From NCBI GenBank assembly GCA_965287045.1, contig OZ336873.1, positions 80,600,001-80,664,000 of the forward strand: a stretch of DNA of 64,000 nucleotides. The letters run 5' to 3'. Of this stretch, positions 48,418 to 60,529 are shown one piece after another. This DNA comes from Carcharhinus amblyrhynchos (lineage: Eukaryota). A program made the translations under genes and the position numbers. How positions within the stretch are numbered: position 1 is the stretch's first letter; every line of letters starts with the position of its first letter. The notes under the pieces are model-generated. The model saw nothing but the letters and a program-made list of their open reading frames with translations. It ran no database searches and was not told the DNA's origin.

Positions 48418-48742
48418 GAATCATCAAATCCTACAGTACAGAAGGAGGGCATTTGACCCATCAAGTTTGCACCAACCACAATCCTACCCAAGCCTTATCC
48501 CCATAACCCATGCACTTATTTTAGCTAATCGCCCTGACACTAAGGAGCAATTTAGCATGGCCAATGAACCTAACCTGCATATTTTTAGAGTGTGGGTGGA
48601 AACTGGGGCACCCAGAGGAAACCCATGCAGACACAGGGAGAACGTGTAAACTCCACACGGACAGCGACCCAAACTGGGAATTGAACGCGGGTCCTTAGCA
48701 CTGTGAGGCAACAGTGCTAACCACTGAGCCACCCTACCGCCC
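48418..48742 (-). mobile_element. HE1/V-type SINE, tail A
   Basis: Reverse copy. Confidence 0.85.
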
Positions 48743-49493
48743 ATGAATGGAAGATTAGTATACTGGCTGAGACACTGATGTGAAAACTTACATTATTGAA
48801 CAGTAATATGTTTCAATTTCACAATTTGTAAGCATCAGATAAATAATCAATGTTATAAAAAAAGCACAACATTAATACCTTCATGAGCGATTTGCGAAGA
48901 ATAACTCATGCCTTTCAAATCTGATTGAATTTTCAGAAGCACTGTTGAAAGTGATGGACAGTGAAATCAACAGATGCTCTTTATATGAACATCCAGAAGG
49001 CATTTCCTCTGAAGGAAACTGTTAGCTCAAGTTGAAGCTCATTATACTGAAGGCAAATTATTGAGGAAACTGGCTGAGCGGTAGCAGACAGAATTGGAGG
49101 AATAATGCATAGGTACCTTAGAGTATGACAAAAGGTATCCCCACAAGAATCTGCGTTAGAATTATAAAATCACTCCAGTGCAGAAGGAGGCCATTCGGCC
49201 CATCTTGTCAGAAGAGGAAACATCCATTCCGTGCCCACCTTGGTGAGCCAATTCAGGCCAAAAGGTATTTATTTTGTACTTCAATCAAGTCAGCCCTCAT
49301 TCTTCGAAACACCAGTAAAAACAAGCCCAATCTGTCTAGCCTTTCCTCATAAGACAACCCAGGTATCAAGCCAATAAACTACCTCTGAATCACCTCCAAT
49401 GCATTTACATCCTTCCTTTAATAAGGAGACCAAAACTGCACATAGTATTTGAGATGGAGTCTTACCAGTGCCTTGTATAACTGAAGCATAACA

Positions 49494-50415
49494 GTGGCGA
49501 TTCTCCCATTCCAGCACAGCAGGCTGGGAAACTCAAGCAGAGGCCATTTCATGGGCTTCCCACTGGGCGCCACAACCTCCGTACATCTCGAAGCACCAGA
49601 TTTACGGCTCCATGCCAGAAATCGATGCAGAGCTGTATGAAGTATGCAGCTTTTAATTTAAGTACAATTTAAATCTCATTAGTGGGCCCAGGACAGAAGA
49701 GGCAAAGTGCCAATGCCCAGGGGCACCTTGGCACTGCCCACCAGACATAGGGCAGTGCCAAGTGGGTGGGGCCTAATGAAGACTGGGCCTGACGAAGGCA
49801 GAGCCCCTGGGGGCGATTGGTGGGGGTAGGGCACCCCACTGCCACTCTGCAATTACGCTGAATGACAGAGGGAGGGAGGCCAACAATCAGGATTGGCCAT
49901 CGAGTTGGGGGGGAGAGGCTGCCAATTGTTTAGGGTCAGGACTGTGGGCAGGGAAATTGGGGGAGGGGGGAGAACGGGGGATTGGGAATCAACAGAACTG
50001 TGGGGGAGGGAGGAGCGTCAAGGTGGGTTGGGGATGGGGTGGGGAGGGTCGAGGCTGGCCCAGGCATGTTCGGCGGTGGGGGGGGGGGGGTGCGGGTGGG
50101 CAGCGTTCAGGCTTTGGGGAGGGGGTTGCATGACCGGCAATGCGGGCATCGTGGGGCTGGCCAGCGATCGGGAGGTCAGCAGTGCAAGATCACTACGTAC
50201 GTGCTGTTTTCAGCACTGACAGATCAGTGCTGCTGGTCTCTCCTGCCGGGCACCCCCGCCCACTGAATTTTGAAGTGAATCTCGCTAGGGCACTCTGCAG
50301 TGCACAAAGTGTGGGAGATTCGTTTTTGAAACTCCCACAGAATAAAAAAACAATGGGATTTACTCCACTTTTTACACAAATTCGACACTTAGAATTTTTT
50401 TTGGAGAATTGCCCC
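49494..50415. mobile_element. TIR-bounded GC-rich non-autonomous DNA transposon inside a CR1 fragment (49260-50590, -)
   Basis: GTGGCGATTCTCC...GGAGAATTGCCCC (11/13 inverted); G-rich interior. Confidence 0.6.
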
Positions 50416-53370
50416 CAACGGCCTTACTATTATGTTCAATTCCTCTTCTGATAAAGGATAGCATCCCATTAGCCTTCTTAATTACTTTTTTGTGAACACC
50501 TCAATCTCTCTGCATCCCAGAACTCTGCAGTTGTTTTTCGTTTAAGTAACCTTCTGCCTTTTAGATTTTCCTGCCAAAGTGAATACCCTCATAGACACTG
50601 ATGAGAGAGAAAGAAAAGGGAGAGAGCAAAGAGAAAGGGAGAAAGAGAAATGTACATGCATGTCCTGTTCTTAAAATGTAATGCACAAATATAACTCACC
50701 TTTCATTTTAGAAACCCATTGCCCTGTTAGCAGGATGTCTGCAATGGTCCCACAGAGGAACTGAGGTTAATTGCAATTACCCTTGGATAATCTAAGATTA
50801 GTTTTATGGCAGTATATCGCATTGAAACCAAAATGCTTACAATTTGTACAGTATCGGGCAGTTTAAAAAGGACCAGACCAGATCAGCAGCAAGTCCTCAG
50901 CTGCCACAAGACATTCAGACAGAAAGTGATAATGCATTTTAGGGGATGGGGCAGTATCAGAGAGAACATTTTCTGCAGAAGCAGCGCCCACTCATGGGAA
51001 TCTCAGTTCTCTGCATGCCCACAGCACTGCTGTTATATTGTGCTCTGTAAGCAAATTAATTTGATTAGGCAGGTGAGATGTGGTGAAAACTCCACCAGGT
51101 AAAAAGGGATACCTTGTTGGGAAGGGATTGGCGTTGCCAGCACCAGTGAAAGAGGGGAGGGGCTTTAGGGGGACCAACAAATTCTCTGTCAGGCCTGAGA
51201 CTGTGGGTGGGATTTTCCAGCCATGCCTTTCCCAAGGCCGAAGATTCCTGCCCGAGGCCAATGGACCATTACATAGTCTGCCCCAGAGTCACCATATTGG
51301 CGTTCCCAACCACGACCCCCCGGTCTGTCCACAACCTCCTCCCGTGCCCCCCCCCCCAGCCCCACCCACAAAGGCTCCTGGAAAGTGCCACTTACCCTTG
51401 ACTTGGGCAGATAGATACTACTTGGGCTTAAGATTCTGGGTGAGATTTTCAGGCTTTGCTCACTCCAAGACTAGAAAATTCCGCCCAAAGTCAGCAGACC
51501 TTTGCATGGTCCTGCCCCACCTGCTATGATTCCCATGGAGGGAAGGACACAAAAATTCTGCTCTACGAGTGAGTGAGTCATAGTCCAGAGAAATCTGGGA
51601 CAAATAGCGTCCTGAGCAACCAACATCCGGGATATGGGACAGAAATGCAAATTTCAGGACAATCTCATAAAATGCATTTCGGTCACCCTGGGTGGAGGTT
51701 TGGGAAAGACCTGGGAATAATCTTATAACACATTATAAAATCTTATAATACCATCAAAATTTGATAACCCGCAGTTCGTCAGGCCACTGTGCTTTGAGCT
51801 ATAGCAGGCAGCAGATTTCATTGAGATAATGAAGCTGAGACCTCTGAGGCACTGTTCTTCACCAAGGTTCACATGGGACAATCGATACCTGTTGGCCCTG
51901 AGCAAATTTACCTCTTCTGTTGGGAGCATTTCCTCTCCCTCTTCCTCCTCCTCTCTCTTCCAACAGTTTACCCTGCTCTGTGTAACCTCTATTAATTGTC
52001 CAAGTCATGCTTTATTCAAAGTGAATTACAAACAACCCCACACCCACAGATGTTTAAGGGAGTGTTGAGCTCCAAATTGGCAGGGCTAAGATTAGATCAA
52101 TCTTATCACTCTAATTAACATCATGATCTGTTTATAGTGTATACTTCTGGGACAAGAACTCATCAAAATGGGTCCCATTACAGCTAGTACCAAATATTTA
52201 TGTGTCACTGACAACACTTTGGTCGCAAAACCACATCCCTCACACCAGAAATTTGGCATTATAGAGCCAAAATCCACAGTCGTGGTTCAGTGAGGTACAT
52301 GTTTCTGATCCTTAGCAGCCCAGTGGAAATTTGAAGTAAGAATTTATGGTTGTCTTGCAGGTCTAGCCCAAGTATATATATCTACATTTCCTATCTGTCT
52401 ATTGGGAACTGTACCTTACACATCCACACGCTTTTGAAGGAAGCTGGAAATACACATCTATTAAAACACAGATTAGTTATTATTAATATGTTCCTGCAAA
52501 ATAAATCTTGTACATACTTATGCGCTGGAGATATTTTTCAATACAAGAATCGTTGAATGGAAAATAAATTGTATGAACTACTTAAGCTTACAATATAACC
52601 AGTCATTTATGAGATTGTAGCTTCTTTAGAAGAGAATGGATGAAATGATGTGTTGTAGATCAGGTGGCAGAACAGCCAAAAGGAGCTGTCAATTGATGCC
52701 TATGCTGCTATATGTGGATCCACATTAGAAGACTACATTAGGTATATATGCTTAGCACTGGTGTCAGAACTGTGAGGAATCATGTGGTCAGGATGTCACT
52801 CTTCACAAAACTTCACATTTGGTAGAAAGTGAATCCTGTGCCTTAAAAATAATTGAAAAAGCTATTTATTAAGGAGTACAGATATTAACCCTGTATCTAA
52901 TAATGCAATGCCCATTGCCCATACCATTGATATGCATCAGGCATAGACAACCTGCATTATCAGTAACTCAGACCTGCCAAGCTCTCCTAATGCAATGAGG
53001 GATCATTAACAGCACAGACAGCCTGCACATCAGGCATGCATTAGGCTCATTAAGTCCTCATAAAATATGTTATTGAGGTCCAAAAATTGTAAAGCAGTTT
53101 CAGTGCCTGAGCAGTGCTATTGGACCTCAACTCACACAGCACAAGTGATAAATGTGGCTGAAATGGCCATGTTGAATTGTGTTTCTTAAATAGGAGACTG
53201 CTTGATGTAATTGCACATTGACCCAATAATTTTGTTGTTCAGCAAACAATGCAAAGCCAAAATAAAGCCAGGCAAACACAGAAATAACGATGGAAGGTCA
53301 TAGAATAGGGAAGCAATCAGAGTAAGCTCAAATTTACAATGAATAACTATAACTATTTATAATGAATAAC

Positions 53371-53675
53371 GGGGCGGCGTGGTGGCACAGTGGTTGGCAC
53401 TGCTCCCTCACAGCGCCAGGGACCTGGGTTCAATTCCCAGCTTGGGTCACTGTCTGTGCAGAGTCGCCATGTTGTCCCCATGTCTGTATGGGTTTCCTCC
53501 GATTGCTCCAATTTTCTCCCACAATCTGAAAGACATGCTGTTTAGGTGCATTGGCCATGCTGAATTCTCCCTCAGTGTATCCAAACAGGCACTAGAATGT
53601 GGCAACTAGGGGATTTTCACTGTAACTTCATTGCAGTGTTAATTTACACCTGCTTTTGGCTAATAAATAAAACTT
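53371..53675 (+). mobile_element. HE1/V-type SINE, tail B
   Basis: Head and tail B. Confidence 0.85.
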
Positions 53676-53779
53676 CAAAAAAATGTTAAACTTTAAACTT
53701 TAACTTTATCCCAAGACAAATGACAAGCTTGTAGGCGGCAGAGTGACGCAGAGGTGGTCCTTGTCCGGCACTTGTCACT

Positions 53780-54240
53780 TGTCTGTCCAAGCTAGATATT
53801 GCCCAGATCTTGCTGAATTTGAACATGGACTGCTTCAGAATCTGATGAGTCTCGAATGGTGCAGAATATGATGCAATCATCAGCAAACATCCCCACTTCT
53901 GACCTTATGATGGAAGGAAGGTCAATGATGAAGCAGCTGAAAACGGCTGGGCTGAGGACGCCGTCCTGAGGAGCTCCTGCAGTGATGTCCTGGAGCTGAG
54001 ATGACCGATCTCCAACAACCACTGCAACCTTCCTTTGTATTAGATATGACTCTAACCAGCGGAGACATTTCCTCCTGATTCCCATTGACTTCAGTTTTGC
54101 TAGAACTCCTTGATGCCATACTCAGTCAAGTACAACCTTGATGTCAAGGGCAGTCACTCTCATCTAACCTCTGGAGTTCAGCTCTTCTGTCCACGTTTGA
54201 CCCAAGACTGTAATGAGATCAGGAACTGAGTAGCTCTGAT
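53780..54240 (-). mobile_element. Zenon-like LINE RT fragment
   Basis: WLESYL...GAPQDGVLSP...DLP...MFADD. Confidence 0.8.
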
Positions 54241-54296
54241 GTGGTAAAACATTGCTAGTGTTTATTAGCCATTCTACATAATTAGTGATTCACAAT

Positions 54297-54572
54297 GGCA
54301 TTGTGAATAATTCTGCTGCCTCACAGTGCAAGGGACCTGGATTTAATTCCTGGCTTGGGTCACTGTCTTTGCAGAATCTACACCTCCTCCCCCTGTCTAT
54401 ATGGGCTGTGTCTGCATGCTCCAGTTTCCTCCCACAATCTGAAAGACGTGCTAAATTCTCCTTCAGTGTAGCCAAACAGATTCCGGAATATGGCAACTGG
54501 GGGATTTTCACAATAACTTCATTGCAGTGTTAATGTAAGCCTACTTGTAACAATAATAAACAAAATAAGCTT
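54297..54572 (+). mobile_element. HE1/V-type SINE, tail B
   Basis: GTAAGCCTACTTGTAACAATAATAAA tail. Confidence 0.8.
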
Positions 54573-54725
54573 TACATCAGGTATGAAAGGTTTCTTTTAC
54601 AGCAACTAACTACAAAATTGATTAAGTCTAATATAGAGTTCCTGATATCTTCTGGTCACAACCTAAACCAAAATTAAATTGTAGCATAGCGAATGCAAAT
54701 AAATAACAACAAACATCAAAGTCTA

Positions 54726-55032
54726 GAATTATAAATTCGTAGAATCCCTACAGTGCAGGAGGAGGTCATTCACCCCATCGAGCCTGCACCAGTAACAATT
54801 CCACCCGGGCCCTATCATGGTAACCCATGTATTTACTCTGCTGATCCCCCTGATATTAAGGGGCAGCTCAGCATAGCCAATCAACCTAATCTGCACGTCT
54901 TTGGACTGTGGGAGGAAAACAGCACAGCCAGAGTATAAACCCACACAGACACTGAGAGAACCAAGGCCAGAATTGAACTAAGTCCCTGGTGCTGTGAGGC
55001 GGCAGAGCTAACCTCTGTGTCACCGTGCCGTC
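54726..55032 (-). mobile_element. HE1/V-type SINE, tail A
   Basis: Reverse copy. Confidence 0.8.
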
Positions 55033-55044
55033 CATTCTGCAGCC

Positions 55045-56740
55045 AAGAGTCAAAGCAGCCAGTGGACTTCAAGGATGATAATGTTTAGGACTGTTGAAAA
55101 GAATTGATGCAGGGATAAACTATAAATGTCTAAAATTAACATGGAAATATAATGATGTAAGGCTTGGTTGTCAAATAGGAGGCAGAGAGTGGGGGTCAAT
55201 GGGTGCTATTCGGATTGGCGGTTGGTGACTAGTGGGGTGCCCCAGGGGTCGGTGCTGGGGCCTCAGCTATTTACCATTTATATAGATGATCTGGAGGAGG
55301 GAACCGAGTGTAGGGTGTCGAAATTTGCTGATGACACCAAGATTGGGGGAAAGGCAAATTGTGCGGAGGGTGTGGAGAGTCTGCAGAAGGATCTAGATAG
55401 GCTGGGCGAATGGGCCAGGAAATGGCAAATGGAATTTAATGTTGGCAAGTGTGAGGTGGTCCACTTTGGTAGGAAGAATGGTAGGAAGGACTATTACTTA
55501 CGTGGCGAAAAACTGCAGCAGGCGACGGTGCAGAGGGACCTCGGGGTCCTTGTGCATGAGTCGCAAAAACCCAGCCTGCAGGTGCAGCAGGTGGTCAGGA
55601 AGGCGAATGGGATGCTGGCCTTCATAGCGAGGGGGATTGAATATAAAAGTAGGGAGGTCTTGCTGCAGCTGTATAGGGCATTGGTGAGACCGCAGCTGGA
55701 GTACTGTGTGCAGTTTTGGGCGCCGCACCTGCGCAAGGATATTTTGGCCTTGGAGGGAGTGCAGAGGAGGTTTACTAGGCTGATACCGGAGTTGAGGGGG
55801 TTGAGCTATGAGGAGAGGCTGAATAAACTAGGCTTGTACTCGTTAGAGTTTAGAAGAATGAGGGGAGATCTCATTGAGACGTATAAGATGATGAATGGGA
55901 TGGATAGGATAGAGGTGGAGAGACTCTTCCCGCTCAAAAAAGACAGTAGGACTAGGGGGCACAGCCTCAAGATAAAGGGGGGGCGGTTTAGAACGGAGTT
56001 GAGGAGGAACTTCTTCACTCAAAGGGTGGTGAATCTCTGGAATTCTCTGCCCGTTGAAGTGGTGGAGGCTGCCTCGCTAAATATTTTTAAGAAGCGGGTT
56101 GATGGGTTTTTGATAAGAGAGGGGATTAAGGGTTATGGGGAGAGGGCGGGAAAGTGGAACTGAGCCACGACAGATCAGCCATGATCTTATTGAATGGCGG
56201 GGCAGGCTCGAAGGGCCAGATGGCCTACTCCTGCTCCTATTTCTTATGTTCTTATGTTCTTGAGCTGCATCACAGAGAAATAGAGCATCAGCTAAATCCA
56301 GGCAGGCGTATGCCATCACTTAGTGTTAACAATTATGATGAGTTCAACAGAATAGGGGTAGCAAAGGCATTAGAGCATGTCAAAGAGTCAAGTGAACAAA
56401 TGAGAATAAGCCTTCACCCGAAAGATTTTATTAATGTTAGTGAAAAAGAATATTACCTAAAATAGACCTTAGAAGCAGTGACACTGTTAACAAATGTGAA
56501 AATCTTTAATACATTCTCTGCAAGCTTTGGTTACTGGCAGGTCTAATTGGATGAAAATTAATTCCAGTTGTGCCCATTTAATAGTCTGTTGGGCAGCTAT
56601 GTATATACTAGAATGTCCCTTCAAGTTGTCTCAGGGAACTGATAATGCCATGGAAGGATTCAGTGTTATTATGGATGATATCCAGATTTGTGGAGAGAAT
56701 AAACAAAAAAATAAGCAAATGTTGGTAAAACCTCAGTCAT
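55045..56740 (+). mobile_element. Decayed Ty3/Gypsy pol remnant (protease end to RT), split by CR1
   Basis: GLLKRIDA...KYNDV | ...PGRRMP...DEFNRI...MRISLHPKDF...KIFNTFSASFGYWQV*LDEN*FQLCPFNSLLGSYVYTRM...MEGFSVIMDDIQICGEN. Confidence 0.75.
55159..56260 (+). mobile_element. Young 5'-truncated CR1 LINE with an uninterrupted 331-codon ORF2 C-terminal frame (55168-56163)
   Basis: SGVPQGSVLGPQLF, KFADDTK, LEYCVQFW, FFTQRVVNLWNSLP; (TTCTTATG)n tail; CTTG at both junctions. Confidence 0.95.
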
Positions 56741-56746
56741 GAAGTT

Positions 56747-57410
56747 ACATAGAACAGTACAATACAAGAACAGACCCTTTGGCCCACGATGTTGTGTCGA
56801 ACATGATGCTAAATTAAACAAATTCCTTCTCCCAGCCCTTGGTCCATATCCCTCTATTCCTTGTATATTCATGTGCTTATCTAAAAGACCCTTAAAAGCC
56901 ACAATAGTATCTGTCTCCACCACCAGCCCTGGCAGCGCTTTCCAGATACCTACCACTCTCTGTGTTAAAACTTGCCCCTCACATCTCCTTTGAACTTCAC
57001 CCCTCTCACCTTAAGTTCCCTAGTATTAGACATTTCAACTCTGAGAGAAAGATTCTGACTGTCAATCCTATCTGTGCCTCTCATAATTTTATAAACTTCC
57101 ATCAGGTCTCCCCTCAGCCTCTGTCGCTCCACAGAAAACAACCCTAGTTTGTCCGGCCTCTCCTTATAGCTCATACCTTCTAATCCAGACAGGAGCCTGT
57201 AAATCTCTTCTGCACTCTCTCCAAAGCCTCCTCATTATTCCTGTAATGTGACGACCAGAATTCAACGTAATACTGAGTGCTGCATAAGTTTTATAAAGCT
57301 GCAACATAACATCCTGACACTTGTATTCAATGCCCCGACCAATAAAGGCAAGCATGCCAGACGCCATCTTTACCACCCTATCTACTTGTGTAGCAACTTT
57401 CACAAGATCC
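56747..57410 (-). mobile_element. CR1 LINE 3' fragment
   Basis: MKVATQVDRVVK...LGLFSVERQRLRGDLMEVYK. Confidence 0.9.
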
Positions 57411-57439
57411 CTCTGTACAACAGCACATATTGTATATTA

Positions 57440-58005
57440 AAAACAGGGAAGTATTGATTTCGGCAGCATCCGTGGAGAGAAAAACACAGTTATTATTTCA
57501 GGTCTGTGACCTTTCATCAGAACTGAGGCATTTTAAACAGGGCTGTAGGGGGAGAAGAATAAAAGGGAAGGTCTGTGAGAGACAGGGGGCAGGAAAGTTA
57601 AATGATAAAAAGGTTCATGGGACAAAAGCCAAAAGGAGTCATGAATAAAGTAAGGAAACAAAGATGGGACTAGAAAGGTGTGAATGGCTGGATTGCAGGA
57701 ATAAAGAAGTAAAAAAAAGGAGAAAAAAGATCAAATCAGCAAGAAAATCAAAATGGAGGCAGAGGTTATATTGTAAAATTGTTGAACTCAGTGCTGAATC
57801 CAGAAGATTGCAGAGTGCAAAGTCAAAAGATGAGGTGCTGTTCTTTGAGTCTGCTTTGAGTTACAGGAGAACACTATAGCAGATCAAGGAGAGAAAGGTC
57901 AGAGTGGGTGCAAGGTGGAGAATTCAGATGAGAGGCAACAGGAAGCTGAGGATCATGCTTGTGGTCTGAATGACGGTGTTCTGCAAAGTGGGCACGTATC
58001 TGTGA
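57440..58005 (-). mobile_element. Penelope-like family B 3' fragment (GIY-YIG C-terminus and pLTR)
   Basis: HFAEHRHSDHKHDPQLPVASHLNSPPCTHSDLS; hammerhead core at 57490-57523 (minus: CTGATGA-AAGGTC-ACA-GACCT-GAAA). Confidence 0.75.
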
Positions 58006-58011
58006 GATAAA

Positions 58012-58166
58012 CTCAAAATACTGCGGATGCTGGAATCTGAAACAAAAACAGAAAAACGCTGGAAAATCGCAGCTGTGATGAAGGCCCATCTAGACTCGAA
58101 ACATTGGCTCTACTGTCCACAGATGCTGTGAGACTTGCTGAGATTTTCCGGCATTTTTCGATTTTT
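58012..58166 (-). mobile_element. Penelope-like family B fold-back pLTR
   Basis: 58044-58073 inverted to 58137-58166 (~25/30); unpaired tail 58012-58043; decayed hammerhead on + at 58075-58105. Confidence 0.7.
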
Positions 58167-58371
58167 GTGGTGACCCTCTATCTGTGTTTGGTCTCCCTAA
58201 TATTTGCTTTGTGAGCAGCCAATATGGTATGCTAAATTGAAAGCAGTGCAAGCATGTTGCTGTTTCCCATGGAAGGGGCTGAGAAGGAAGGATGTACAAA
58301 GACACATGTTGCATATCCTTTGATTGCATGGAAAGGTGCTGTAGGAAACGGAGACAACGTTGGGGCATGTG

Positions 58372-59550
58372 GGCTGCAATTCTCTCCTGAATTGGTGGCA
58401 AAACTGGTCTAGATCACGCCAGTTCTGACAGGTCAGCTTTTCATCCAAATTTGCACACTCTGTGCTATGCAGAAGGCCCAGTCGTGGGGAGCAGGGCCTA
58501 TTCACGCCGGAGTTTGACAGTTCTGGAACTCTGCACACGTGCAGTGGCCCCGATCTGTCAAACTCCCATTTGCTGGCCAGCTCGATCACCAGCCAACCCA
58601 GGATCCCCGCACTGCTGCACCTCCAGCACTGCTTCCCCGCCCCCCCCCCCCCCCCCCCCCCACTGCCCCCCCACCCCCCCAGGCCTGATCGCGGCCCCCA
58701 CAACAATTCCCAGCCTGACCACTCCCCCCCACCTCCCCATTCCGGATTGCCCTGATGCCCAGGCCCTGCCCCCCCAAGCAGTGGTAACAATCACATCCCC
58801 ATCACCCTGGCAGACCCCCTCAACCTGACCCCTCTGGGGTCTGACACCAACCACCCCCCCCTCACCCCAGGAGGCAGGCAGCCCAGCGCCCCCCGCCAAC
58901 AGATCACCCCCACCCCCGCCAGCCCACTTCAATCACTGCCCTCCCTCCATCCCAGACCAATCCCCAACCCGAAGAGATTTACAGGATCCTGCAGAGTGGC
59001 ACCAGGACCCCCACCGATTGTCCTGGACCCTGCCCAGATAGGCCCCATCCACTTGGCACCACCTAATGTCCCATGGGCATTGCCAACGTGCCCCCCCCCG
59101 AGCATGGGCACTCTCTTGGACAGTGCCAGAGGCACATGCTGGCACTGCCATGATGCCCATGCCCAGGGGGCACCACCACCCCTGCTGCCCAGCCCCCAGG
59201 GGGGCCCCAATTGTCCCCCCTTCATTCCAGCGGGATCTTCTGCTCGTTCCCTGAAAGAGGGGAGCTAGTCTGAGCCCCGCTGGAATGAAGTATTCTTGGC
59301 GAGGCGGGAGATTCGATCAGAAGGTCCCAATAATTAACTAACCTACATATTTAAACTAGATTAAGAAAAGATTTAAATTACTTACCTGCTTTTCCACCGG
59401 TTTCCAGCAATGGTCTGGCGGGTGATTACTCGCCGGCTCTGGGAGATGCACATGCGTTCCTGGCACATGCGCAAATCCCCGTTCAAGGCCGCAGACGTGC
59501 ATCTCCCAGCCAGACCCACCAGAAAAGTAGCGCATGGGAGAATCGCAGCC
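58372..59550. mobile_element. TIR-bounded GC-rich non-autonomous DNA transposon (PIF/Harbinger-like)
   Basis: GGCTGCAATTCTC...GAGAATCGCAGCC (12/13 inverted); C-rich interior. Confidence 0.65.
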
Positions 59551-59770
59551 ATTGTCTGCCTCATGTAAATTTATAGCAAACCCATGCAGGTTCACCTAAG
59601 TGGAGAAGGTTTTTGAATTATTTTGTTTTGTACAGTGTCTTGTTCAGATTGTGTCCTCAGTAACCAGCAGGGAGAAAAATTGAATGAGCAGAGCAAACTT
59701 CACCAGAGCTTAGCTTTGGAATTTCATTCCTATCTCTGACTTGGAGTGCTTCGTGAAGGGATTATCTTTA

Positions 59771-60067
59771 GGGGCTGCACGGTGGCACAGTGGTTAGCAT
59801 TGCTGCCTCACTACGCCAGAGACCTAGGTTCGATTCCCAGCTTGGGTCACTGTCTGTGCGGAGTTTGCACATTCTATCTGTGGCCTCACAGGTTCCCATC
59901 AGTACTCTGGTTTCCTCCCAGTCCAAAGGTGTGCAGGCTAGGTGAATTGGCCATGTTAAATTCTCCCTCAGTGTACCCGAACAGGCATCTAGTGTGGCAA
60001 CTAGGATTTTGAGAGTAACTTCATTGCAATGTTAATATAAGCCAACTTGTGACAATAAATAAACTTT
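59771..60067 (+). mobile_element. HE1/V-type SINE, tail B
   Basis: Head and ...CTTGTGACAATAAATAAACTTT. Confidence 0.85.
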
Positions 60068-60529
60068 ATCTTTTGCCTACTGTTAACACAGGGTTGTAAA
60101 ATCAAGAAATGTAGTCATATCAGTCCTAATTGCTTCTTACCTCACTTTGCCCTTACCTCAAAGAAAGCTGACATACTGGAACAGTGGCTCCGTACAATAT
60201 AGTACAGGTTACAAAATGGCCCATCAGTTTTTCTGGTGGAGAACGATGATAATGTTCAAGAGCAGGTGTTCTCAACTGTGTTCCTCGGAATATCAGGGTT
60301 CTGCAGGAACATCCCAGGGTTCCACGCCAGGTCAGGCAGATCAATACCATTTGAATTTGATGCTGTTTCCAGTGGGGCAAAGGGACTGCGAGAGGGGGAG
60401 GAGAACATGGCCAGTGAGGGGGAGCAAGAGAGGCTCCTGTAAGGGGGAATGAAGGAGTGACCTGTGAGGCGGAGTGGCGAAGGTCAGAGGGGTTGAGCCA
60501 GGAGCAGGAACTGTTGGGCCTCGAAGAGA

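Noticed and set aside
52900-53040. Paired 10-mers TAATGCAATG and CATCAGGCAT, each repeated ~90 bp apart
   Set aside because: Too short and unevenly spaced to call a duplication or regulatory module without conservation data.
55168-56163. 331-aa ORF as a host or domesticated gene
   Set aside because: No ATG start, begins mid-RT and ends in a CR1 3' UTR and tail; it is a truncated LINE copy.
58197-59268. Several Gly/Pro-rich ORFs
   Set aside because: Artefacts of the GC-rich interior of a non-autonomous DNA transposon.
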